From Octopus vulgaris (taxonomy: Eukaryota): DNA of 64,000 nt. A program made the position numbers and the translations under genes. The stretch is taken from positions 57,908,001 through 57,972,000 of the forward strand of contig OX597821.1 in NCBI GenBank assembly GCA_951406725.2, written 5' to 3'. Under the pieces are notes generated by a model. It searched no databases. It was not told the DNA's origin and was given only the letters and a program-made list of their open reading frames with translations. Of the stretch, positions 39,730 to 53,296 are shown piece by piece; position 1 is the first letter of the stretch, and every line of letters begins with the position of its first letter.

Positions 39730-39791
<62 letters not shown>

Positions 39792-39990
39792 TATATACAC
39801 TTCATAACGAAATCATAACACAATGTTTTGAGAAATTTGAAAAATTAACATGAAACCGATAATTTCTTCAAAAACTATGTCACTGTATGAAAAAAAATTT
39901 ATAACATTCTTCTGACATAATGACTCAAATATATATTTTTTAACCTTTTAAAACAAGCCTTCTGTAGTTTTTTCACTTTTTACTATTTTC

Positions 39991-40021
<31 letters not shown>

Positions 40022-40362
40022 TTATGTATGTATTTTTTACTCAACATATTTATTCGCCATTTGTAAAATGCCCTTATATTAAATCTTACTGTCTGATCGT
40101 TACGTGTTTCCGTTGATTCTTTTCCTCTTATTCGTTTATTTACGCGCCTTTGTGCGCGCACACCTCTCTGTGTGTATGTGTGTGTGTATGCCTGTGGTGT
40201 ATGTGTATGTCTGCGTGTGCATGTGTGTGGGCTCGTGTACACTTTTCTAAATATATTTTTATATCCGAAAGGGTCTCAACATGTATCCATCTGCATATAT
40301 GTGAATGCATTTGCGCACAAACATATTTTACTATACAAACAAGTATACACACACACGCATAA

Positions 40363-40635
40363 ATATATATAAGCATATGTATGTAATATATAACATATAT
40401 AACAGTAAACGATTATATATGTGCGCATACATATATATAAGCATATGTATGTAATATATAACATATATAATAGTAAACGATTATATATGTACACATACAT
40501 ATATATAAGCATATATATGTAATATATAACATATAATAGTAAACGATTATATATGTGCACATACATATATATAATCATATGTATGTAATATATATCATAT
40601 ATAATAGTAAACGATTATATATGTGCACATACATA
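40363..40635. repeat. ~68-bp tandem repeat x4
   Basis: Unit contains atagtaaacgattatatatgtgcacatac. Confidence 0.9.
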
Positions 40636-42170
40636 CATGTATGTATGTTTGCATATATGTAGATCTCCACATGCATAAATGGTAGAGAAGCCTAAAAGAA
40701 CTTTTGTAATAGAAACGAAGTAATTCATTATAAGCTCAAAATTTGTTTTGTTTGTCATTTTAAAATCTTTTATGGTTTTAATTCAAATTTCTATTGAATT
40801 TATGAGACATAAAATTCAATGTTTTATTAATGTCGCAGAAATAAATATATTTCGAATGTTATTTCACCAAAATTATTTACCTTGACGATAAAGGTTTTTC
40901 CTAAAATTTCATTCTTTCTACATAGTCATTTTTCTCAGTGGATCTCCGTTGGTTTCGTGATGATCATTTCAGATGTTAAACCAACGGAGCTATATACTTC
41001 TATATTATAGCGAAAATTGCTAATTATTCGACACTTGTAATTTTGATGCAATTCTCATGCAGAATCTGACGGGCTTCTGTACTGTACGTTAATCCATGAT
41101 TTACTCACTGATTTAGATCAACAAAGAAATGGTTATAATAATTCACTTTACCAAGACTATGCGAAATGGTATCGAGCCTGGAAACAATTTTCACCTGCTC
41201 TCTAAGTTCTCTTGAATAAATACAATTATTTCAGTCAACTCTTGATACTTTTACTGGATATAGCTTTATTTCCATCACTTGGCCCAGACGTGCTGACTCT
41301 GTCTCTCCACTTCCTGCTTATGATGCAAATATAGTATCTATAAAGCTAGATTCACACCCACGACATGTCGCCACTGAGAACTTCCTCAAAATACAATGCT
41401 GTTGCACATGACAGCAGCAGAACCTGGAAATGCGTCAATAATAAGGACTTCATAACATCGTAGCCTACATATGGATTATTCTTATCAACCTACTCGTGGT
41501 TTGAAACTAATAAAATTAACCAATTCTGCATGCACGAAAAAGGCATGTCAACATCCATTCTATCAGCTTTCATATTACCCAAGTTCCGATTGTCTTCGGT
41601 ATTTTTTTTTCCTGTAAATCAATGAGTTTTATTTATTTATTTATTGTTACTTCTAATTGCTAACTGTCTTACCGATATGATATACTTTCTCTCTCTTAAC
41701 TTTACGTTTTCGACGCACAAAGCGTTTTGTCTTTTCAAACGAAAAGCGTATTTTATGAGAAATGAGTAAATACACTGAGTTACTTTCTAAAATGATTTCG
41801 AAGTTGTATTTCCAGTGTTCCATATTTTAGAAGATTTAAATGATCTTATTCGAAATAGTTGTGTCTGTTAGATGCTGTATTCTTTTCTGTTCTGTTCTCA
41901 ATCCGAACATATCTAAACATATCTAAAAGCTTTCCTTGTCTACCGTAATTATAGAAAATGTACATCACCTGAGTCTTTTAATAAAATCATGAAAGTTTCA
42001 ATATAGTGTTTTTTTTTCTTTTTAGATATTTCATGTAATCGTTTTTTTTTCTTTTCGGGCGAGTGTGGCTATACTTTGGAGAAAAATTCCATATTCAGCT
42101 GTATACATATACATATTATTCTATCTCACAACTAACAGAGGCCCGAAAATAATATGTACGTATATGTGAG

Positions 42171-42515
<345 letters not shown>

Positions 42516-43570
42516 GGATGTATATCTATGTGTAATATATGCATAGGTATCGCATGATTTTTGACATTATTTGTTGCATACTATTGTTGGTTAAACACTG
42601 AATGAAAAAATTCGACGTGAAATGACGACATGAATTGCTATTCGAGACATCAATGACTGAAAAGACAATGGTATGCTATATATCATGGCTGCGAGATTTG
42701 GCTCAGTATGCGGTCACAGGATGCCTGCTACTGAAGAAGCACAGACCACTGAAATCACATAATCTGGCAGTTCCGGCATCCATGCTAGATGATTCTCATC
42801 AATTACGATATATGCCAGTGCTTTTATTCACCAGACATCTATATAAAAGAACCTATATACATATATATATAGATATATATTGGGAGCAAGAAGTAGCCAA
42901 GAGGCTACTCATTATTCAAAATAAACTTATACTTGAACTCATTACACGCTGAAACCTCAAGACTCGTTAAGCCGATTTTGTTGTTTCCACCCTTTGCAAA
43001 GACTCCGCCACCGCTACAAATAATAATTCTTATTGAAGGAAATGTTTTAAGCAAGAGGAAGGTCTCGAATATAAATTCTTATAATATCGCATCATTACGC
43101 CTCCATCGTACACACCTGTAGATACATCAAATAATTCGTATTTTCTTTGTTCGTGTTGAAATTACGGAATAAAGAGGAGTAATTTTCTTGAGTGACAACA
43201 ACCGAAATGTGTAATCAATATTGAATAGTTGAATTATATTAGTTTTCGTATTCTGTTCATTGCTATTGTTCGAAAATCGAAAATGCGAACAGACCTATGG
43301 ACACCTATATATGCATCCTTATATAGTCACATACTTACATAGACGTATACCTATTTGAATGTACCTTTTGCCTTACACTTGTTTCAGTCATAAGACTGCG
43401 GCCATGCCTGAAGAATGTTTAGTCGAATGAATCCTCCCCAGGACATTTTTATTTATTCTATCAGACTCTGAGGCTGAACCGCTAAGTTACGGAGATAAAA
43501 ACACACCAACACCAGACAAACACAGACACACACACATGCACATACACACATACATATGCTAGCTTATTAC

Positions 43571-43669
43571 TTGGGATATCCCAGAAACAGCTGTAAGACT
43601 TCAAATTCACCTTACCCTAAGTAAATTATTATAAATTACTTGAGAGACTCGTCCTGCCTTGATTTTTGT

Positions 43670-43672
<3 letters not shown>
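43571..43672 (+). mobile_element. 5'-truncated PLE-type tail retaining the 3' half of a hammerhead
   Basis: GAAA-CAGCTG-TA-agac at 43584-43599 (palindromic stem III), followed by a tail running into (TA)n. Confidence 0.5.
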
Positions 43673-43721
<49 letters not shown>

Positions 43722-44427
43722 TCTGTGTGAAAAGTCTGGCTGCATACACGTTAGCACATGTCAGGTTGCATACAATTGACAACACAGTTAATTAAGATTT
43801 ATTCAGTGAGTTCTATTCATGTTTACACGTGGAATTAGCAGAATCATTATTAACTTTAGATGACTCGCAGGCGAGGTGAACAAATTAGTGAGAGAGATAG
43901 ACTGGCAATACTTCTACGCTACCAGCAGTCTTGGGAAGAGCTATCTGAGCGAAAAATTCGTGGATGTATTCAACATCAAACTCGTGTTCGGCGTCAAATA
44001 GTTGACTGTCGTGGTGGTAACAGATTTGTGTAATAAATTTTGTGTTTATTTTTGTTTCATAATATATATTTTCATATATACATATAGCCGTAAGGCTCCG
44101 TGCTGTTATATATGCATAATTCTTTTGGCTATTGTATTTATACAATGTCTTGTTTGTTTGTGTCTTTGTACACATTCGCTAGCTTTTCCCAGTAGCTTAC
44201 TAAAAAGCACTGGTGTCAGAAAAATAGAGCAGTATCAATGGTAATTGGCGCGAAACTGCTATAATATTTTGCATCATTCACTGACGAGTAAAACTTAGCT
44301 GCGAATATTCCGTGTATCATGTCTTTGTCTAATTTCCCGTCCGTTAAGTTTTAGTATAGTTCCCCGTTTACTCTGTTTTTCTCTAACTTCTTCTTGTATG
44401 TATCCTTTCTGTTCAACGTGTGTACCA

Positions 44428-44620
44428 TTGGCGATTTTTTTTCCTCCATCTTCCCTTCTCTGGATCTTTCCTTTTCCTATGTTCCTGACGAAGAGCTCCG
44501 CTAGAAACGTAAAACCCTCCTTCTTCCCTTCCTTCCTGAGCGTCCAATAATACTATATTTGTTCCACGTCCTCGCGTTGTTGTTTTCCCTTGGTGTTTTC
44601 ATGTTTGAATTAACTTTTTT
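44428..44620 (+). mobile_element. PLE pLTR-type repeat with a hammerhead motif (44481-44515)
   Basis: gttc-CTGACGA-a-gagc(tcc)gcta-GAAA-cg-TA-aaac. Nearly identical to 55786-55975; ends at (TA)n. Confidence 0.8.
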
Positions 44621-46109
44621 TTATATATATATATATATATATACACGACCGGCTTCTTTCAGTTTCTGCCTGCCAAATCCACTCACAAGGGGCTGCTTTG
44701 GTCGGCCCGAGACTGTAGTAGAAGACAGCTGTCCAAGGTACCACATGCCCACACCTGCGCCTATATACAATTATATACTCAAATAAAACTACAGAACGTC
44801 TCGTTATAATAATTCTTTCTAATTTTGGCGCAAAGGCACAATTTTAAGACAGGGGCAATCGATAGAATTGACTCCAGTATTTGGACTGGTATTATATTCT
44901 ATCTACCCTGAAAGAATGGATTGCTAATGATTCTGGCAGCTCACACACTTACGTTGACTTCGCCTCATTTAATTACAAGAAATGACAAACGAATGCTACC
45001 TTATTTGAAAATAAAGATGAGATTGTTTACTATTGTTGGTGACAAAATATTCCTAGAATACTGAGAGGATAGCTTGAAGCTTTGTCCATTTAACATAGTG
45101 TTTCGTTATATTTCGATTAAGGTAGAACTTTTAAGAAATTTAGAGAAATTTAAAGGAATATTCAGTAAATTGACTACATTTAAATTAGTATCATCTTTGT
45201 TAAAGGTATTTCGTAATAATGGCTTTACTGATAAAATACAGTACATAACTACTCGCCCTAACATTTCCAAGCGTAATCATATACCAAGAAATATCTGAAT
45301 GTGTAATTATGTTCCTAGTTTAAACGTCTGCCTCCATATTACGTCAGTTTTTCCAATTTAATCCCTATATTTTCCGTCATACAAATCATACGAGATTTTA
45401 CACAAATACATTTAACCTAAGATATTCTTTTCATTAATATTTTGCAACCTCCATTAACCTTTTGTATTTCAGAAAGCTTTCCAACAACATTACTATAGAT
45501 TCATTCCTTACCTGTATCTACATCAATCTAAGGATTACCTCCCTTAACTATAAATGTTTCCCGAAATATCTAATCTGTTATTTTAAAGCCCAACCCAATA
45601 ATAACAGTGCTAACCTATCAAGAATTGCTTTAAAGTTTATTTTTATCAACATATTACTACATTTAAGAAATGTAATAAAAATAAAATGATACAAGCCTCA
45701 CGAAATACATTTGGTCTTTAAAAGAAACTGAATCTGTGGGGCTTAAAATCCAATGGCCAGTTTTTCTACTCCATATGTACTTCATATTCATTTTCCCTTC
45801 AGATTAAGTAGTACTGCATAAGTGAGAAGTTACTGATAGTATTTCATGCTGAAAGATAGTTGAAACGAGCGTTAAGAAATGTTATTTCTGGCTTGCTCCG
45901 GGGTCTTTACCTCGTAATTATGCCCCTATATGCAGCAATATATCTTCTAACGGTTGGCTGAAGAAGCGACATTCACAGGAATTCGTATAATTCATTTTGA
46001 CTTGCGCTTTTAAAGACATGTCAAGATAAGTAATAACCACCAATTCTTTCCTTTGCATTCATAAATTTTACAAACACACACATTATCTCTCTCTCTTTCT
46101 CTCTCGCTT

Positions 46110-46164
<55 letters not shown>

Positions 46165-46544
46165 ATTGTCGACATAAATATCATTTTTAGAATTTTGCAC
46201 ATACGCTTAAATATTTCATATGTTGGTATTCATATTCTCGTGACAACGATAAATCTTCGTAAATTTCCTTCTTGTCTCTACAACTCTTTTTCAGGTTACA
46301 GTTTTTAGAGCAAGGGTACCTCATTATTTAATTGTCTTTCTTTGTTGTTCAATGTCAGTCAAGGGCATTTACTATGGTACTCAAAGATAGATACATACAT
46401 ACATATCACATAGAGAGGAAGTAGTGTGTGAGCATGTGTGTGTTTGTGTGTTATACTGAAAATCACGGACTTGTAAATTTCAGTATAACATTATCTCTTA
46501 ACTGAACGAATGCTATTCTATAATACTTGATGAAGGCTCACCAC

Positions 46545-46596
<52 letters not shown>

Positions 46597-46597
<1 letters not shown>

Positions 46598-47595
46598 CGG
46601 GAAGCTTTATGAAAATAGACAAAAGACGAAGGCAGGTGGAAAACAAACAAACAATTGTATTAGTATGGCGCTCAGGAAATATAAATAAAACAAGTCTTTA
46701 ACGTTTCGAGCCTACGCTCTTCAACAGAAAGATACACAGAGAGAAAAAAACACAGAAAGAAGGAGAGAAAAAAATGCGTGCAGTAACTAACGAATCAACA
46801 TGGCGATCTGATTTCGGCCAGAGGTCAAAGATCAAACATGAGACGCGAGAGCGAAATAAGGGGAGATAATAGGGTTGATAATAGGGTTGAATGACCAGCT
46901 ATTAAGGCGTAGGAGAGGTCTGGACGTGTGTATGTATAGGGTTGGTGTATGTATTAGTATGTATTAGTATGTATAAGGGTGTGTGTGTGTGTGTGTGTAT
47001 GAGAGAGTATTAGTGCGTAGGATAGGTCTGGACGTGCGTATGTATGGGGTTGGTGTATGTATTAGTATGTATTAGTATGTATTAGTACGTATTAGTATGT
47101 ATAAGTGTGTGTGTGTGTGTGTGTGTGTATGAGAGAGTATAAGTGCGTATGAGGGGTCTGGACGTGTGTATGTATAGGGTTGGTGTATGTATTAGTATGT
47201 ATTAGTATGTATTAGTATGTATTAGTTGGTGTATGTATTAGTATGGCACATCATATATGATGTGATGTGTAAAGTCGTGTGGTGTAGTGAGGAGAAGAGG
47301 GGGAGGGGGAAAAGAGGGGGAGGAGAAGGGGAGGGGAAGAAGAGGGGAAGAGGAGGAGGGGGAGGTGGAGGGGGAGGGGAGGAGGAAGGAGGAAAGAGGG
47401 AGAGGGGGAGTGAGAAGGGGAGTGAGGGAGCAGAGGGAAGGAGGGAGGGAGAAAGAGGGAAGAAGGGAAGGGGAGTAGGGGTGAAAGGATGAAGGACTGA
47501 AGAAGTAGGGGTTGGATGCTGACTGATGAGGAACAAGGTATGAATTTTCTGTTTGTTATGCTCTTGTAAAATTTTCCGTTTGTTGTATTTTTGTT

Positions 47596-47600
<5 letters not shown>
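46597..47600 (-). mobile_element. (TA)n-flanked PLE-like 3' segment with a purine tract, tandem repeats and a hammerhead variant
   Basis: (TA)n on both sides, ~110-130-bp unit x3 (46915-47240), GA-rich tract 47290-47490, and hammerhead 46695-46732. Confidence 0.65.
46695..46732 (-). ncRNA. Minimal hammerhead variant (CUGUUGA core)
   Basis: tcttt-CTGTTGA-a-gagc(gtag)gctc-GAAA-cg-TT-aaaga. Stems I and II are perfect; the core has an A6U change. Confidence 0.7.
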
Positions 47601-47633
<33 letters not shown>

Positions 47634-47700
47634 AGTAATGAAAAATTATAACTCTTTTCAAGAAACAACAGCGTATGGTTCAATTTATTGAGCGGTTAAA

Positions 47701-48374
47701 TTAAAGTATTAATTTGAAAGAGGCAAGTTCCAAGGTCAATAATATTCCTAATCAAAGCCGACAAATACCAAACACAGTGGGCATGTATAAGCCATTATAA
47801 GCATGCAAACACATAACATACAAAAACATACATATACACATAATATTGTAATTCCGAGCCCAAATCAAAGTCGGATAAGTAATTGCATAAATACATACAG
47901 ATAAATTAAGAAGTACAAGCTGATGAGATAACGGTTCACAATAATCCAAAAGGAAGTCCTCATATGAATTCAATGAATAGAAAGAGTCTTACGCCCGTTT
48001 TAGGGAATGTACGAAGTGTGTAGGTAAGACCTTCATCAGAGAAAATGTACGTATTTGGAATTTTTAAACAAAAATCATAAAATTATTCGTGGGATTGTAA
48101 AAATATGTTTAAGAATCGACTCTTTCTATTTATTGGATTCATTTGAGGACTTCCTTTGAATTTCATCAGCTTGGACGTCTTAATTTATCTGTAAGTATTT
48201 ATGCAATTATTTATCCGACTTTGATTTGGACACGGAATTACTCTATTATATGTATATATATGCTTTTGTATGCTTATAATGGCTTATATATGCTCTCTAT
48301 TGTTTGATATGTGTCGGCTTTGATAAAGAATATTGTTGACCTTGGAACTTGTCGCTTTCAAATTAATACTTTAA
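47701..48374. repeat. Long fold-back (~260-290-bp arms) with a decayed hammerhead in the spacer
   Basis: Arms 47701-47989 and 48118-48374. The minus strand of the spacer reads tct-CTGATGA-agg...cct-AAAA-cgggcg-TA-aga. Confidence 0.85.
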
Positions 48375-48375
48375 T

Positions 48376-48406
<31 letters not shown>

Positions 48407-48732
48407 CATACATACATACATACATACATGTATTAGACAGTCCTTTAACATAAATCGGAAAAAGGAAGCACACTATGTTATAGAGCAGTATTGGTTTCAC
48501 GTCCTTAAAGGGTTTAGCTTTATGGCATATCATCGATAGCCAAGGGGAGATAATCCCCTTCGTTGACATTCAGTAACAGGGTCATTTCCTCCTCCATATC
48601 CTAGAGAGGCCTTTAGCAAACAGGTTTTCAGATGTGATAATAAGCCTTTTATGGACGTGAAACCTAAAGTTATTCCATAAAACGGCCTTATCTAATATAT
48701 ACATACATACACACACACACACATATATATTT

Positions 48733-48767
<35 letters not shown>

Positions 48768-49120
48768 TATATATCTTTTACTTGTTTCCGTCACTAGACT
48801 GTGGTCATGCTGGAGCACTGCCTTGAATCTTTAGTCAAATGAATGAATAGACCCCCAGTACTTCTCTTAAAGAGAGATATTAAGTAACAGTACTTTAAAG
48901 ACTATTTGTCAACTATACGACACAATACCTGTGTCCTTATATTTTCGAACAGGAGAACTGTTACTGGCGTTTAGCTGGATGGGGGTGCTGAGCTCCCCTG
49001 ATCGAAAATATTGTATAACCAGCTGGAAACGACGTTTCCTGTGGTTAAACAACAGTAACATTCGTCCCATCCGGTACTGCTGCATTATGTTGGCAAATAG
49101 TCTTTACTTTACACACACAC

Positions 49121-49155
<35 letters not shown>

Positions 49156-49434
49156 ATTCTGATATTGCCCACCTGTATGAATTTGGGCTACAACGACGGA
49201 GAGATGTTCAAGATATTTTCTCGCAAGTACACACAATATTATCTCGTCTTGTTATTCTTCTTTATAATTCAAAACGTAGACACGTACCAGTCAATATTAG
49301 TGTGGTTGGGGTTTCTTTGTCACGAGACAAATAGAAAATTGATTTGAACTGAACGCGTCGCTTTGTGTTATTTATTTCCTTAATATTTACATACCTCCAT
49401 ACAATACGCACAAACGTTCATAGACGTGAGTTTT

Positions 49435-49620
49435 TTTCTTTTTTCTTCTCGAGCCATGCCTTGCTCATTAGGGATGGTTTCCCGTTTTCGTCGGCGTATA
49501 GGTTCCCCACCTGGGCGGGACGCCGGCCCGTCGCAGGTGAGCTGCAAGATGCAGGAGGAAAGAGTGAGAGAAAGTTGTGGCGAAAGAGTCAGCAGAAGTT
49601 CGCCATTACCTTCTGCCGTG
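49435..49620 (-). mobile_element. SINE-C alternative-tail fragment
   Basis: Reverse complement resembles 13885-14050. Confidence 0.7.
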
Positions 49621-49879
49621 ACTGCAGGCTATGTTTGGTTAAACAAATCGATCCCAGTACTTTTTTTAAAGTTCGATAGTTATTCCACAGGTCATTTTCG
49701 CTGAACCGTTAAGCTACTGGGATATCATTAGACCAACCTGATTGTTAAGCCGTGCAAAGGGACAAACACAAACACAAATGCACACACACACATCACTAAT
49801 ATTGACTGGTACGTGTCTACGTTTTGAATTATAAAGAAGAATAACAAGACGAGATAATATTGTGTGTACTTGCGAGAAA

Positions 49880-49918
<39 letters not shown>

Positions 49919-50077
49919 TGTGTGTGTGTGTTTATATACATACACACAGTTGTGTGTGTATTGTGTGTACATATATATACTCTATATACACAAGTGAGTG
50001 AACAAACGAAAGAAAGATCACTCAACATATTTATTGGATATTACATGTATTGTTCATAACAGATTGAGTTATATTCC

Positions 50078-50126
50078 GTGATACTTAAAGTTTCAAAGCC
50101 CCTAACGAGTTCCTTTCATCAGGCCA
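50078..50126 (-). ncRNA. Hammerhead motif, left arm of a palindrome
   Basis: tggc-CTGATGA-aaggaactc(gtt)aggggcttt-GAAA-ctttaag-TA-tcac. Confidence 0.65.
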
Positions 50127-50146
50127 GTGGAAATCCAGATTTCCTA

Positions 50147-50194
50147 TGGCCTGAGGAAAGGCCTCTGTTAGGGGCTTGAACCTTTAAGTAGCAC
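50147..50194 (+). ncRNA. Hammerhead motif, right arm of a palindrome
   Basis: tggc-CTGAGGA-aaggcctc(tgtt)aggggctt-GAAC-ctttaag-TA-gcac; GAAA has changed to GAAC. Confidence 0.6.
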
Positions 50195-50224
50195 AGAATC
50201 CAAATCAAACTGTTTTGAACAATA

Positions 50225-50268
<44 letters not shown>

Positions 50269-50354
50269 ATAGAAATGGTAAGACAATAAATGAATGAAAG
50301 AGACCTCGATATTATGTAAATAGAGGAATTTATCTGTAAATATAATATGTGACA

Positions 50355-50415
50355 GATAACTGAAGAGATGGAAGCGTGGGTTTCTGCCCCGACATCCGAA
50401 ACTCGAAGTTTTATC
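50355..50415 (+). ncRNA. Type I hammerhead ribozyme
   Basis: gataa-CTGAAGA-gatg...catc(c)-GAAA-ctcgaag-TT-ttatc. Stem I is 5 bp, and the motif is enclosed by a 14-bp inverted repeat and (TA)n tracts. Confidence 0.8.
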
Positions 50416-50437
50416 ATGGCTACCGAATACTTGTCAC

Positions 50438-50488
<51 letters not shown>

Positions 50489-51099
50489 GATAGGCCTCCG
50501 CACAGCTACCGTCTGCAAAATTCACGCATTAACCGACCCCGACAAGTAGAAGACACTTGCTCAAGATACCGCAGATCGGGACTGAACCAGAATACTTGAA
50601 GCTGGAAAGCGAGCATCTTTAACGACACAGCCTTTTAAAAGTAATTTTGTTTCCTAGCATGTAAATGATTTCATCATTTAAAAAAGGAGCAAAACAATAG
50701 ACTATGATGGTACAGAGAAGACCTATAATGAAAATTATCCCACTCGGTATAAGTATGGCCCTTCACGTTATAATTTGTTTTGTTGCTTGTTTTGTTTGGT
50801 TTTTGTCGTTTTTTTTTTTAATTTTTAAACTAGAGTTTCGAATTATTTCGATTATTTCACATCTGCCAATAATTTGAGTTTAAGATATCGTTTGTCATAC
50901 GATGGTTCAGCATTTTTTTTTTATTTCATAAGAAATATAAACAAGTTTTTAACAGACAGCTTAATTCTATAAATTTGTAGTAGAGCCTTTTAAAAGAAAA
51001 AGACATGAAATATCGCCACCCAACTAAATATACAAACTAAAACTACCAAGTAATTTCAGCACACTTTTGTCTCGGACGAGAAAGGTAGATTAAAATATA

Positions 51100-51496
51100 T
51101 CTTTATATATAAAAGTAAGGTTGTGTGCTGTCTGTCTCCTACGATTTAGATTCCTAACTACTCCCACATTTGCGGTGCAGTTTAACCAAAACCGGGTATC
51201 TTATAGTTGTGATTCATATCGAGCCCTTCTGGGTATTAGCGCGCGTCTACGATGAGTCTACGATTTAAAAAAAAGATTACCATCAATTTTTCCCATTTTT
51301 AATGCATTTTTGGCATATATAAGGGAAGTAACTCTCTAAAAATTTATTATTAAATCTCGGAACGTAAAAAGCTACAATAACACCCCCCCTCCTTGTGGTT
51401 AGCCATATTGAGATGGCTATTATACTTTACATCTCTAAAAATGCTAATATAGTTATTTCCCTTACAAACCCGAGCAACGCCGGGCGATACTGCTAG
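51100..51496 (+). mobile_element. Non-autonomous Helitron
   Basis: A|TC...cccgagcaacgccggg...CTAG|T with no TSD. An empty-site paralogue lies at 53158-53220. Confidence 0.92.
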
Positions 51497-52279
51497 TTTA
51501 GCCATAAAACTAAACAGATAGCGATAAAATGTGTTGAGACAGAGTATGCCTCGTATTGATAAATTGACAGGCATATTGTTGTAATATTTATTGTTCTTGA
51601 TTTTAAAACGAAAATTATCAAATGACAGTGAAGCATCGAGTAATACATAATTTAGTTAACATTTCGCTTTGTCAAAACTTGTTTCTTCCATGTTTTTGAT
51701 CCGTTGCATCCATTACGATAGATAATTCATTTTCGTTTTTCTAGAAACGTCGAACATCACTTTCCTCGAAATTATACTTTACACGAAATTACATCGTACA
51801 AATTTGATTAGGTCTCTATGTTTCACGGTATTTGATATTTTTGTAGAGAAGAGTGACACAAACTTATCTCAATTTTTTCGATTTCTTTTTCTTTCCGTAA
51901 AAATACTTGTTCTGTTTATGTGGGACACGCACATGAACATGGTTAATTTTAGTGTAAATTCTTTTGATTTAAGATGAAATACATTGTCAGAATATCATGA
52001 TTGGGGTATGTATGCATGACTAATGTTTCTGAAAATCTTTCATGAAAATGAAAGCAAAAAGTACAATTAAATACTTATATGAAATAATTTCAACAACTCG
52101 TTCTGACACTGAATAAAGAATACTTGTCCTGAATATTCTAAAAAGAGAGATTCAACAGTTGGTTTTCAAAACATTTCTAACAGTAAAAAGACTAACTTGA
52201 AAGGTGAAATACCAGACAAGTAAAACTCTTCAAAAAGTTGATTAAACCCAACGTAATCTAATATCTTTAATGTTACAAA

Positions 52280-52348
<69 letters not shown>

Positions 52349-53029
52349 GCGCTCAAACTAAGTGGCATAACGTAAAATTTTACAATGCATTACTTTACCA
52401 AATTTAACAATCTTTAAACATCGTAACAACAACGATGCTGCATAATATATATATTTAACTATTCACCTCAATAAAAAGTGAATGGTTAAATATAGCTTTG
52501 GAAAGCTTAAAATGCTTGACGGCACTGATGATGCAACAATTTTTACCAGGTTTACAAAAATTTTATCCGTAAGTATAGAAGTATAGTTGGTCCGTGACTA
52601 ACTTTATTGTTGAAACAAAAGCTGTTCTTATCGGTAAATCTTAAAACTTGTTTCAATTTTCATTGCGAGATTTCTTATAGGTGGATGTTTTACATATATC
52701 TAAATAGGCTTACAAACTGCCAAAATGAATAATCATTTTAATTAGGATATCAAAAATTTAATTGAATCGAGTTGAAAGGAATCAGAAACTTCATTCTGGC
52801 ACAATTTCAAGAAGTGTTTTGTATATTTGTAGTTCTAGCTCATTATTTTGTATATCCGAAACAGCATTTGAAATTCATCCAAAAGATTAAAACAGTAAGA
52901 TACTCCATCATCGATTCTAGTCTCTCATTTTTAAGCATCAGAAAATGTATCAGGAAGAGTTATTTTATATTTTCACATGCGTTATCGCTGCGTTTATCCA
53001 AAGTTCCTGATATTGACATGAAGAGATGA

Positions 53030-53296
53030 TCAGCCCTTGTGATCTCAAACATAGATCACTTGGGGACCGCAGATACCTGGTAGTCAGTAAAGATAATACC
53101 GAGGGTTTGTGAACTAAATTCAAAATTTAATATATATACATAATGATAAGGATATCCTTTTGTCTCGGACGAGAAAAGTAAATAAAAATATATTTAGTCA
53201 TTAAACTAAAAAGATAAGGATAAGCATATATTAAAAAGGGTCCGTGGGAAAACTAATTTAAACAGAAGGGTTGGGAACCATTGTTGGGAACCACTG
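53030..53296. mobile_element. hAT-type MITE remnant
   Basis: Right end ttgggaaccactg (tandemly duplicated), as in the MITE at 12078-12351. Confidence 0.55.

Noticed and set aside
42635-42952. 105-aa ORF and CTGAAGA...GAAA motif
   Set aside because: Unrecognisable peptide running through low-complexity sequence; hammerhead stems absent.
43885-44030. Coding-looking minus frame HDSQLFDAEHEFDVEY...
   Set aside because: No recognisable family or splice acceptor; chance or an old repeat is equally likely.
44278-44325. CTGACGA hammerhead candidate
   Set aside because: GAAT instead of GAAA and weak stems.
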